A DNA stretch of 64,000 nt from Octopus sinensis (lineage: Eukaryota). Of the stretch, positions 37,058-48,824 are shown piece after piece. The number at the start of each line of letters is the position of its first letter. The stretch's first letter is position 1. The translations under genes were made by a program, and so were the position numbers. The notes under the pieces were generated by a model. It was not told the DNA's origin, made no database searches, and was given only the letters and a program-made list of their open reading frames with translations. Location of the stretch: assembly GCF_006345805.1 (NCBI RefSeq), contig NC_042999.1:164610001-164674000 (forward strand). Direction: 5' to 3'.

Positions 37058-38439
37058 CATATGTATATAAACTAATAGTTAGCTGGGGGATGATAAGGGA
37101 GATTTTTTAATAAATTTGTATATTTACCTACAATATATTGCATATAAGTTTTTTACTTTGTCATACAGGATAAGTCCATTATAAACATCAGTTTTATACA
37201 TAGTTTAATTCATAACTATTTAGATTCTTCTACATGATGCTTCATCTTTCAGCAGCTGAGGATACGTTGATATTTTATATTTTAAAAGCAATGATACAAC
37301 GAAAAGTAATTAGCTTCAACAAAGATAATTATATATTGTTGCTATTATGCAAAAGTGTAGTAAGTCCAAAATGTTGCTTTTTCAGAAAACGAAAAAATAG
37401 TTTCACCATTCCATTTCTTTTTACATTATCAACAGATTCAGCTCAACAATAATACTTTGTTGGGTGCATAAAATCAGAACTCCTTGCATGTATGAGATTT
37501 TCAGTCCGAAACATTTTTGCAAGTGAGACTTTGAAAAATGCTACACTTTGACAATTTTCATCTGAAGCAGCTGGAGATATGATAGTTTGACCAAAAGAAC
37601 CGGCTATTGCAAGCCAAATCAAATATTGAAAAAGACACATTTGGCCAAATTTGGACATACACCAATTTAACATAATAGCAACGATATATATTATGATTAG
37701 CATGACTGAGGATTTCTGGTATAGCTACACTTTTTTGGGTAGGAGTATAACTAATTAGATTAACCTTGATACATTACTGGTAATAATTTATTACTCCAAG
37801 ATGAATGAGAAGCTCTGGTGCCATAATAAAATGTTCCTAGTTTATCTTTAAACTGGCATTATAGGAAGGGCATTTAGCCATAGAAACTATGCAAAAAAAA
37901 ACCCACGAGAAATCTGGTTCTCTAACCTATCTAAGAGGGTAGCATGCTCTCTTTTCTCACCTTCTGCTTATATTCACCCTTATATATAACATGAGATAGC
38001 AGTGGACCTCTCTTATTCAACTCTCCCCAACACTCTCCTATTCTAGACCCCACTTCCTTGCCCATTAAAGCTTGACATTAGACCTCTCCTTCCTCTGCCC
38101 AACATTATCTACTCTGCTTCTTGCACAACAATAAACCTGTTCTTCTCATCTTCACCATCTAGACACCTTGACTTAAATCATCACTCATTCTCTCTCTCTC
38201 TCTCATTCTTCTTTCAATGATAAAAGTTCATTAGGTTTTCCAGTTAAAAGTGAACTTCACTAATGCTGATGCCATGTAAAAAGCACCTAGTACACTCTGT
38301 AAAGTAGGTTGCATTAAGGAGAAACACGCTAAGCCACTTGGTGTTAAAATGATGGCATTATTAAATTAATATCTAATTTTTCACCCTCATTTATGAATTT
38401 ATAAATTTAATGATGCTGCAGTAAATATTATATGCAGTA

Positions 38440-38645
38440 TTCGTTTCCATTTTCCATTTTCCACTTTTGGCGGGGAATCTGAATCACAACTATGTATGCA
38501 ATCGATTAAACCGCATGGGTATTTGACGCTCGTGAGGGTCTAGTAAATTGTATCGAAGACAAACCGCCGCTGATGATTTATAGATAAATATGTGAGTAAA
38601 ATTGCATATTATATTAATAATAAAACAATTGTTCGGCGTAAATCT
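38440..38645. promoter_or_regulatory. Unique CpG-rich patch; candidate promoter or non-coding first exon
   Basis: About 11 CpGs in ~200 bp against a CpG-poor background, not matching any repeat family seen here. Plus-strand GTGAGT donor at 38592. Confidence 0.35.
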
Positions 38646-40129
38646 ATTTTTTTGTTGTATTTCACTTTCCTAACATTGAATGTAATGTTATTTCTTATTG
38701 GAAACAACTTTTAGTGGCTATACCAGAAAAAGGAGCTATTTTTAGCACTAGAGTTAACCACTTAGCGGTAACTCTCTTATATTTAAGTATAAATTTATGT
38801 GTATATATATATATATATAAGACTACAAAAATGTGTGTGTGTGTGTGTATTAACTAGGGTTTCACTTAAAGAGAAAGTACTCAATTTTTCAAGAAATAGA
38901 GCATGCTATTTTATTACTGACCACTTTGGAGTTACTTTTGTTTTGATTCTTGCAATCATGTAGCAGTTAGAAGCTGCCTTTAAAATGAAGGGTAGATATA
39001 CATCTTTTTCCTAAAGGTGAAATAGGGCAGAAGGCAAAAGTAACGGAAGGAAGAGTGGAAGAAAGAAAAAAGGAGCAGGGGTGTTGTATGTAGTGCAGCA
39101 TTAACAGTCGTTAAATGAGTGAGGAGTAAAAGTAAAAGAAGTAAAAGTGAAAGAAATCAAATGAACAGTCTGGCCAAATTTGCAGCTCGCTTGGCTGTTG
39201 TGGTGGAATGGAGGATGTGGTATGGAAGAAGAGGGTTCTGCCATTGACTGAATGTTTCTTGTGGCTCCCCAATAAAAACAATTTGTATTTGCATTTAATT
39301 AAACCAAACTGTATATAGCTGAACCTAATGCCTGACTGCTAAACTGTAAAGATACCAAGAGAAAATAAACTGAAATAGAATGTAAGAATATTATTATTTT
39401 TATTTAAAAAAAAAATAAAGCAATGTTATGAGGTAAAGAGCAGTAAAATAGATTAAGGAATATTGAAGAAGACTGTTTGGTCTGTAACTAACAACATTTG
39501 TGAGCAAGTGTTGAGGATGGCCAAATACAACTATATACACTAATAACCATACTAACATAGACAAATATAATGCTTAACACTGAAGACTAGTACCTAAACA
39601 TACTATTAAGGTCAGTATACACAAATACATACTCTAGTACTCACACATACATTTATATATGCATGCACATAAAAGCATTCCTAGATCTATAAGTTCAAAC
39701 TATTATATGCATAATCAAGGATACTAGTACATACACACCTACATGAAAATATTGCATACACGCACAACACTTTATATTTGATACACACTTGTATATAATG
39801 TTCACTACTATATATGGCCAATGGAATGCATAATGCACACTAAATTCTCTTTGGAAGGATCTTTAAAGAAAACTAATTAAAAATGAAACCAGCATGGAAT
39901 GGGAAATTCCTTGAATTTCCAAGATGAAAAAAATAAGCAATATTAGTGAATCATGAACCACCTTCTACTTCTTAATTTCTGATTTTGATCCCAATGGTCT
40001 TTGGATTTTCAAGTTCTGCACACTGGAGATTCTGTTATACATCACTACATCTTGCAACATATATTTAGCTGTCATTTTCAAATAAATCATTATATATTTG
40101 TATGCTTATCTTTAACCGATACTTATTTC

Positions 40130-40480
40130 AGTCCTTCAACTGCGGGAATACCAAGGCAATGTTTTGAAAGGTTAGGGTCAAAGAAATTCATTCCAATACT
40201 AATTATTTGAAGTCTGATCCTTTTTCTACAAACCTCCTTTGCTGAACTATGAGCTATGGGGATATAAATAAACCAACACCTGTTGTCAAGCAGTGGAATG
40301 GATCCAAGTATAAATGCACACACACACACAATAGGCCTCCACACAGTTTCTGTCTGCCAAATTCATTTACAAGGAATTGGTTGACCTAGAGATACTTGCC
40401 AAAGGTGCTATGCACTGGGATTGAACTTCAAACTCAAAAAACATGTAGTTGCAAAGCAAGCTTGCTATCAACAGAGCTAT
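40130..40480 (-). mobile_element. SINE family A
   Basis: Similarity to family A. Confidence 0.75.
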
Positions 40481-41644
40481 TCTAGCACCTATGCTTATTA
40501 GTATAAAGTCACCACATGATTAGCTATTTTTTGAGGAATCTTGAAAATCAATTCTATTTGGATGCCATTTTCATTCTACTTAGATGTTGTGAGGATTATC
40601 TTAAAAAAAAACTTTTAACTGTTTTTATAATATTTTTAAAATGAAATAGTCTTTGGATTTTCTATGTTTTGAACATCAGGCATTTTGGATCAGGCATTTT
40701 AAAAATTATTTATATGCAGTATGTATTATTTTGTAATATGTTAAAAACATTTAATAAAATGGAATTAAACATTTTAAAGTTTTATATAAATCATCATTTA
40801 ATGCCCACTCTTCCATGTTAACCAATGTCTTCAGAGTGGGTTTGGTAGATGAAAACTAAAAGAAGCTCATCATGTGTGCATACATGTGTGTGTGTGTGTG
40901 TGTGTCCGTCTTCCCCACCTTGTCTTCCCATTGCGTCATTACATGATAGTTTTCATACAAGAAGTGTCATCCAAAACTTAGCAAAAACTTATTTGGCCAT
41001 GGAGAAAAGTTACCTTACTTAGAAACAAGTGAGGATTGGTGACAAGAAGTGCATCCAGTGGTAGAAAATCTGCATCAACAAATCTCATCTAACCCACACC
41101 AGCATGCAAAAATGAACATTAAAGGATAATGATTACATGTGTGTGTGTGAGTGTGTATACATTATTAATGTTAAATGAATGAGAAAGGGGTGCTCAATAC
41201 ATGTTGTAGAAGGTAGAGTTCATTCTTTTTAAAAACTGAAGCTGTGAGTTTGTCTCATGACTCAAGTTTCCCACACGTTTTGCCTGATGATCATACTGGC
41301 ATGAAACTTGAGTCATGAGACAAAACCCTCAGCTTCAATTTTAATACACTATAGGTATGTGTGTGTGTGTGTTTGTATGTATGGAGCATGTTATTTTAGT
41401 TGCCCAGATGGAAACCAGTTTGACATTCTTCAAGTAAAGTTAGCCGTTTATTAAAGGGGTATACTTTTAGTTAGTTAAGAATGGTCAGTGTTCTACATAT
41501 TTTTGGTAGGGAAGAAAATGTGTTGTTTGAGTATTAAAATATTTTACTCCAAATATATTATATGTTTTCTCACTTATGTTGTGGTTTTAAAATGTAGTTA
41601 TGAAATTATTTTTACTTGTGATTTTGCAAGAGAATAGTCTTAGT

Positions 41645-43155
41645 AAGTAGGAAGGCTGTCAAATTACAACCCACTTCAGGTAGATGGTCCTGCCCAATCT
41701 GTAGAAAAGGTGTGGGTAGAAACTCCATACGATGTACCCGGTGTAAGCTATGGACACATGAAAGATAATCAAAGGAAGGTTAACTAGGAAAATAGTTTTT
41801 GTGTGTGGCAGATGCACAGGGGCAATAAACACTGAAGATGTACAGAAAACAGATTCCATCTCATGCCAGGGGAAGAAACTAGTAGTTTAATAGCTTCTGC
41901 TACCTGGTGACCAAGTCTGTAGTGGGTTGCTCTGAGAGTGTAGTGACTAGAGTAAGAATATCCTGGGCAAAGTTCAGGGAGCTCCTACCTCTGCTGGCAA
42001 CTAGGGGCCTCTCGCTCAAGGTGAAAGGTAGACTGTATGGTGCATGTGTGCAAATTGCCATGCTACACAGCAGTGAAACATGAGCCATGAATGCTGAAGA
42101 CATATGTAGGCTTGAAAGAAATGAAGCTAGTATGATCTGCTGGGTGTGTAATGTCAGTGTGCATACATGACAGAGTGTAAGTGCCCTGAGAGAAAAGTTG
42201 GGCATAAAGAAGCATCAAATGTGGTGTGAAAGGGAGGCGACTGTGCTGGTATGGTCATGCATTATGTATGAATGAAGACAGCTGTGTGAGGAAGTGTCAC
42301 TCCTTAACTGTAGAAGGAACCTGTGGAAGAGTTAGACCCAGGAAGACATGGGATGAGGTGGTCAAGCATGACCTTCGAACACTGGGCCTCACAGAGGCAA
42401 TGACAGGAGAACGGGACCTTTGAGATATGCTGTGATTGAGAAGACCCGGCAACTAAAGTGAGATCGCAGCCACACATGTCCAGCCCTGTTAAGAATAGCC
42501 CTGATGCATTGGGCAATATGATATGCTTGAAAAGACCTATTAAGTCAAGTAAAACCAATACTGTAGCTGGGGCTGATGCCCCTGACTGTAGAAAAGGTGT
42601 GGGTAGAAAATTACAATCACGTATACACATAAACATCCTCCCTTTTATAGATATGATATATATATATATATATACATGATGGGCTTCTTTCAGTTTCTGG
42701 CTCCTGTGCCGGTGGCATGTAAAAAGCATCATCTGAATGTGGTCAATGCCAGGTCCACCTGACTGGCTCCTGCGCCAGTGGCACGTGAAAAGCACCAATC
42801 AAACGTGGCCAATGCCAGTACCCCCAAACTGACTACTGCTCTAGTAGCACAAAAAAACCACCAACCGATTGTGACTGATGCCAGTAGCCCCTTACTGGCT
42901 CCTGTGCAGTTGGCACTTAATAAGCACCATTCGAACATGATCATTACCAGGCCTGCCTGACTGGCTCCTGTGCCAGTGACATGTAAAAAGCACCCACTAC
43001 ACTCTTGGAGTGATTAGCATTAGGAAGGGCATCCAGCTGTAGAAACACTGCCAGATCAGATTGGAACCTGGTGCAGCCGCTGGCTCTCCAGACCTCAGTC
43101 AAACCGTCCAACCCATGCCAGCATGGAAAACAGATGTTAAATGATGATGATGATG
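41645..43155 (+). mobile_element. Decayed RTE LINE 3' part (PHD-like finger to tail) with a patch insertion at 42586-42690
   Basis: [46 protein letters not shown] tandem repeats and (GAT)n tail. Confidence 0.88.
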
Positions 43156-43844
43156 ATATATATATATATATATATATGGAGAGAGGGAGAGAGAAGGAGG
43201 GAGGGGGAGAGAAACAGATGGATGGATGGATGGATGGATAGATAAATAGATAGATAGATATACACACAAAGTGAGATATCTAACAGTGCATAACTAGAAA
43301 CTAATTATATTTGTCATTTATTATTTCTGTTTCAATTTTACATTCTATCCCAGAAGTGTTTCAATGAATTAGGAAACCAGTAAACAGCCTTATGGGTATT
43401 AATTTTTATGAAACATGAGCATTTAATGTACAGTCACTGTCCTATAAAAACATAATGTTATTTTTGTCCAGTAAACTCTTCATTACACCTCAGTTAGCAA
43501 GGACAATAGAAGTAACTTATGTCGTCCTGAATGTGTATGGCAATGCACTTTCAAGTGGAAAAATGGACAACATTTTTCATGTGAAATAATGATGTTTCTG
43601 TATGCATACACACACACACACACACACACACACAATTGAAAATAAAAATAAAAACGAAAACAACAGAGGTCAAAAGCATGTACACAGTGAATGTATTAGG
43701 TTGAAAGTTAGTTTAAAATGGAAAAAGAGAGGAGTGGTATAATGTTTCAAGCATGGCTCTTCATCAGAGAGAAGAGAGAGGAAGGGTCCAGAGAAAAGGG
43801 AAAAAAAAAATAGTCTACGAAAAGCACATGACACACATTCTTTT

Positions 43845-44015
43845 ACTTGTTTCAGTCATTTGACTGCAGCCATGCTGGAGCACCGCCTTTAGTCGAACAA
43901 ATCAATCCCAGGACTTATTCTTTGTAAGCCTAGTACTTATTCTATTAATCTCTTTTGCTGAACTGCCAAATTACAGGGACATAAACACACCAGCATTGAT
44001 TGTCAAGTGGGTGGA
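43845..44015 (-). mobile_element. SINE family A 3' half
   Basis: cttgtttcagtcatttgactgcagccatgctggagcaccgcc. Confidence 0.8.
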
Positions 44016-44040
44016 GGGCAAATAAATATATATATATATA

Positions 44041-44399
44041 CTAGCAGTATCGCCCAATGTTGCTCGGGTTTGTTTCGACCCTTTAGAAAGGGAATTTTTG
44101 AGAAGTAAAAATTTTGCATTATGTAGCTTGTTATTCTCTATAAGTGAACATTTTTCTCGTTGAAATACACCGAAATATGGTGACACAGCAGTCAAATAAT
44201 CGTAAAAAATAGGGATTTTCATAGAAAAAAAGCACCTTTTTGAAGTAAATAATTTTTTCTTCCACGGAAGGAAGAGCAAGCCTTCTTCTATCATACTCTC
44301 TATTTTGGTCAACTTGCACCACAGGGTCTCGGATGAGATAGTGTTAGTTGAAGGCTACCAAACCTGCCATACACAGACAACTTCAGCTTTATATATATA
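44041..44399 (-). mobile_element. Non-autonomous Helitron (same family as 14976-15375)
   Basis: Minus-strand 3' end cccgagcaacattgggcgatactgCTAG. The 5' end abuts the next Helitron end. Confidence 0.8.
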
Positions 44400-44533
44400 C
44401 TAGCAGTATAACGTGGCCTTGCCCGGGATTAAGTTACGATTATTAAGCTAATCAAGTTCTTTATTTCAAACCAAACTAAGTAATATAGATGTCAAATTTG
44501 GGCGAAATCCATTTAAATTAGTTATATTATATA
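44400..44533 (-). mobile_element. Helitron 3'-end fragment
   Basis: Minus strand ends cccgggcaaggccacgttatactgCTAG. Confidence 0.6.
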
Positions 44534-44928
44534 CTAGCAGTATCGCCCGGCGTTGCTCGGGTTTGTAAGGGAAATAATTATATAAGCATTTTTAGAGATG
44601 TAAAGTATAATAGCCATCTCAATATGGCTAACCACAAAGGGGGAGGGGTGTTACTGTAGCTTTTTACGTTCTGAGATTTAATAATAAATTTTAGAGAGTT
44701 ACTTCCCTTATATATGTCAAAAATGGATTAAAAATGGGAAAAATTGATGGTAAATTTTTTTTTAAATCGTAGACTCATCGTAGACGCACGCTAATACCCA
44801 GATGGTCTCGATATGAATCACGACTATAAGATACCCGGTTTTGGTTAAACTGCACCGCAAAATGTGGGAGTAGTTAGGAATCTAAATCGTAGGAGACAGA
44901 CACACAACCTCACTTTTATATATAAAGA
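44534..44928 (-). mobile_element. Complete non-autonomous Helitron, 395 bp
   Basis: Minus strand A|TCTTTATATATAAAAG ... cccgagcaacgccgggcgatactgCTAG|T. Confidence 0.88.
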
Positions 44929-45353
44929 TTTCTTCTATTTACATAATATTGAGGTCTCTTTCTTTCTTTTGTTATCTTACTGTTTTTACCAATATACATA
45001 TATATATATATATATATAAATATATATATAGTTACAGAGATGTACTTGAATAGCAAGTGACTTGATCTGAGATCGTGTGCTGGAACGAAAACAGTTGCAG
45101 CATTGAAGGTGTTTATAAGCCATTTAAGAAACACACAAAAACCGTTAGATTCACTTCAACATTTAAATTTAATTTGTCAAAATATTTTCGTCGCTTTGAG
45201 ACCGCGACCTGTTAGCACGATATTTTTGTCAGTGAACAGGTTGCGGTCTCAAAGCGAGGAAAATATTTTGGCAAATTAAATTTAAATGTTGAAGTGAATC
45301 TAACGGTTTTTGTGTGTTTCTTAAATGGCTTACAAACACCTTCCACGCTGCAA
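44929..45353. mobile_element. Penelope-like fragment with ~119-bp inverted arms (45095-45213 / 45235-45353)
   Basis: Arms are readable as reverse complements, with a 21-nt spacer and a hammerhead-like motif at the axis. Confidence 0.7.
45225..45275 (+). ncRNA. Hammerhead-like motif (G3:C8 variant), stem II damaged
   Basis: Same as 47549-47599 except gtTgc and gcgaG in stem II. Confidence 0.4.
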
Positions 45354-45419
45354 TATATATATACACACATATATATATATGTATGTATGTATGTATGTGT
45401 GTATATGTGTATGCATGTA

Positions 45420-45640
45420 TGTGTGTGTGTGTGCGTGTCTGTGCTTGTGATTGTCCTCCACCACTGCTTGACAACGAATGTTGGTTTGTTTACATCCCTG
45501 TCACCTAGTGGTTTGACAAAGGAAACAGATAGAATAAGTACTATGCTTACAAAAATAAAACTGGAGTAGATTCAGTAAACTACAATTCTTCAAGGCATTG
45601 CCCCAGCATGGCCACAGACCAATGGCTGGAAAAGCAGAAT
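45420..45640 (+). mobile_element. SINE family A 3' half (duplicated at about 47750-47960)
   Basis: Tail similarity to family A. Confidence 0.7.
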
Positions 45641-45714
45641 AAAAGAATACATTCTCTGCTTTGGTCTTATGTTCAAGGCATGAGAAAGCTTGAGTTTACA
45701 TGAGAAGGCCTAAC

Positions 45715-45977
45715 AGACCTGGTAGAAACAGCAGCCAAATCTCCCTCAAATCACACCTTACTGTCTTATGTATGTATATATATATGAGCCAATGAGGGGG
45801 ACCTCTACATGGTAGCTAGACCTGGTAGAAATAGCAGCCAAATTTCCCCCAAATCACACCTTACTGTCTTATCTATGTATATATGTATGTATGAGCCTAT
45901 GAAGGAGACCCCTACATGGCAGCTAGACATGGTAGAAATAGCAGCCAAATCTCCCTCAAATCACACCTTACTGTCTT
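45715..45977 (+). repeat. ~105-bp tandem repeat, ~2.5 copies (duplicated at 48029-48296)
   Basis: Recurrent gtagaaa(t/c)agcagccaaat(c/t)tccc(t/c)caaatcacaccttactgtcttat. Related single copies at about 24180, 12640, 52510 and 53940. Confidence 0.85.
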
Positions 45978-46199
45978 ATGTATGTATATATATACAAGCC
46001 ACTACGGTTATTTAATGTAAAGTCTTCCTCAAATCACTCTCGCTATTTACTCTCTTCCAAGAACATTTTCACTCACTCTTATCTCTTAGCTTGCCATACA
46101 TTTTACTCATGTATCTATCAGCGTGATAGACAGAAACAAATATTACATCGCCATCGCCATCGCCATTGCATTCTATTGTCTACCTGTCAACACACACAC

Positions 46200-46476
46200 A
46201 GTGAATTAGTTTCATTTTATTTGTTGCACACTGTGTGTGTGCGTGTGTGTGTGGTGTAAACCACATTAAGAAAAGCATTTGACATACACACCAGAATGTG
46301 AGTTTTCTGTAAATTTTGCTTAATTGGAGTTTAAATTTTAAAAACTGGACCTGGCATGACCCGATGCATTCTACTCTTAAAAATGCTAGGTAAATTGTAA
46401 TTGAAGAAATCCTATATTGTAGATTTCCATAACTGACAAAGGGAGGCAGATAAAATCTGCTTTTTATAATAAGAGA
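46200..46476 (-). mobile_element. Helitron 5' portion (counterpart at 48531-48807)
   Basis: Minus strand starts A|TCTCTTATTATAAAAAGCAG. No clear CTAG end of its own. Confidence 0.55.
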
Positions 46477-46862
46477 TATATAATATAATATAAATATCTA
46501 TAGGCAACAGACACGAACACACATACATACACGTACGTACGTACACCTATTGCATGTTTTGTGCACGCATACATGTTCATAAACAGAAATGAATGGAAAA
46601 AATGTTTTTAAATTTGTAGATTAACACGATTTTCACTGAAGTAAATATCAAGGCTGATATTTTTTGTGGCTAAAAGCTATGTCTGAAAATAGATATTTAC
46701 GCTAACCACGGGTGCCTCGGGGAAAAAAATAAGTTGAGAAAACCCAGATAGGGTGTTGAAGAATATCCTCCTAAAATTGGAGTGACATGCCTGCTAATTT
46801 GTGGACGTGCATAAATTACAATCACGTATACACATAAAACATCCTTCCTTTTATAGATATGA
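46477..46862 (-). mobile_element. Probable third Helitron family 5' portion
   Basis: Minus strand starts TCATATCTATAAAAGG directly against the CTAG at 46863. Its first ~47 nt recur at 42610-42656. Confidence 0.45.
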
Positions 46863-47257
46863 CTAGCAGTATCGCCCGGCATTGCTCGGGTTTGTAAGGG
46901 AAATAATTATATAAGCATTTTTAGAGATGTAAAGTATAATAGCCATCTCAATATGGCTAACCACAAAGGGGGAGGGGTGTTACTGTAGCTTTTTACGTTC
47001 TGAGATTTAATAATAAATTTTAGAGAGTTACTTCCCTTATATATGTCAAAAATGGATTAAAAATGGGAAAAATTGATGGTAAATTTTTTTTTAAATCGTA
47101 GACTCATCGTAGACGCGTGCTAATACCCAGACGGTCTCGATATGAATCACGACTATAAGATACCCGGTTTTGGTTAAACTGCACCGCAAAATGTGGGAGT
47201 AGTTAGGAATCTAAATCGTAGGAGACAGACACACAACCTCACTTTTATATATAAAGA
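46863..47257 (-). mobile_element. Complete non-autonomous Helitron, duplicate of 44534-44928
   Basis: Same TC and CTAG termini, with a few substitutions. Confidence 0.88.
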
Positions 47258-47677
47258 TTTCCTCTATTTACATAATATTGAGGTCTCTTTCTTTCTTTTG
47301 TTATCTTACTGTTTTTACCAATATACATATATATATATATATAAATATATATATAGTTACAGAGATGTACTTGCATAGCAAGTGACTTGATCTGAGATCG
47401 TGTGCTGGAACGAAAACAGTTGCAGCGTTGAAGGTGTTTATAAGCCATTTAAGAAACACACAAAAACCGTTAGATTCACTTCAACATTTAAATTTAATTG
47501 TCAAAATATTTTCGTCGCTTTGAGACCGCGACCTGTTAGCACGATATTTTTGTCAGTGAACAGGTCGCGGTCTCAAAGCGACGAAAATATTTTGGCAAAT
47601 TAAATTTAAATGTTGAAGTGAATCTAACGGTTTTTGTGTGTTTCTTAAATGGCTTAGAAACACCTTCCACGCTGCAA
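47258..47677. mobile_element. Penelope-like fragment with inverted arms (47420-47537 / 47559-47677)
   Basis: Duplicate of 44929-45353. Confidence 0.7.
47549..47599 (+). ncRNA. Minimal type I hammerhead ribozyme with a G3:C8 core variant
   Basis: Stem I tttgtca/tggcaaa, core GTGAACA plus one extra G, stem II gtcgc/gcgac, GAAA, palindromic stem III aaaatatttt, site NUU. Confidence 0.6.
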
Positions 47678-48824
47678 AATATATATACACACATATATAT
47701 ATATATGTATGTATGTATGTGTGTATATGTGTATGCATGTATGTGTGTGTGTGTGCATGTCTGTGCTTGTGATTGTCCTCCACCACTGCTTGACAACGAA
47801 TGTTGGTTTGTTTACCTAGTGGTTTGACAAAGGAAACAGATAGAATAAGTACAATGCTTACAAAAATAAAACTGGAGTTGATTCATTAAACTACAATTCT
47901 TCAAGGCATTGCCCCAGCATGGACACAGACCAATGGCTGGAAAAAGCAGAAGAATAAAAGAATACATTCTCTGCTTTGGTCTTATGTTCAAGGCATGAGA
48001 AAGCTTGAGTTTACATGAGAAGGCCTAACAGACCTGGTAGAAACAGCAGCCAAATCTCCCTCAAATCACACCTTACTGTCTTATGTATGTATATATATAT
48101 GAGCCAATGAGGGAGACCTCTTACATGGTAGCTAGACCTGGTAGAAATAGCAGCCAAATTTCCCCCAAATCACACCTTACTGTCTTATCTATGTATATAT
48201 GTATGTATGAACCTATGAGGGAGACCCCTACATGGCAGCTAGACATGGTAGAAATAGCAGCCAAATCTCCCTCAAATCACACCTTACTGTCTTATCTTTC
48301 TGCTACTTGGATATAGGTGTTATATTCGTCGTAAAAAACTTTCCTGTCACACACTCAAGCACACGCACACACACACACACCCTCACACACACACACACAC
48401 ACGCGCACGCACACACACACACACACACTCACACACACGCACGTTATCTTACAATTTTATTTATATATTTGCGTGTCTATGTGTGGAAAGAGGAAGTGGG
48501 AGGCAGAGTGAAAGAATCACTCACTACAGTAAGTGAATTTACTTTCATTTTATTCGTTGCCCACTGTGTGTGTGCGTTTGCGTGTGGTGTAAACCAGACT
48601 AAGAAAAGCATTTGACACACACACCAGAATGTGAGTTTTCTGTAAATTTTGCTTAATTGGAGTTTAAATTTTAAAAACTGGACCTGGCATGACGCCATGC
48701 ATTGTACTCTTAAAAATGCTAGGTAAATTGTAATTGAAGAAATCCTATATTGTAGATTTGTATAACTCCCAAAGGGAGGCAGATAAAATCTGCCTTTTAT
48801 AATAAGATATATATATATATATAC

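Noticed and set aside
45715-45977. CRISPR-like repeat-spacer array
   Set aside because: Eukaryotic context, and the intervening segments are similar to each other, so this is a minisatellite.
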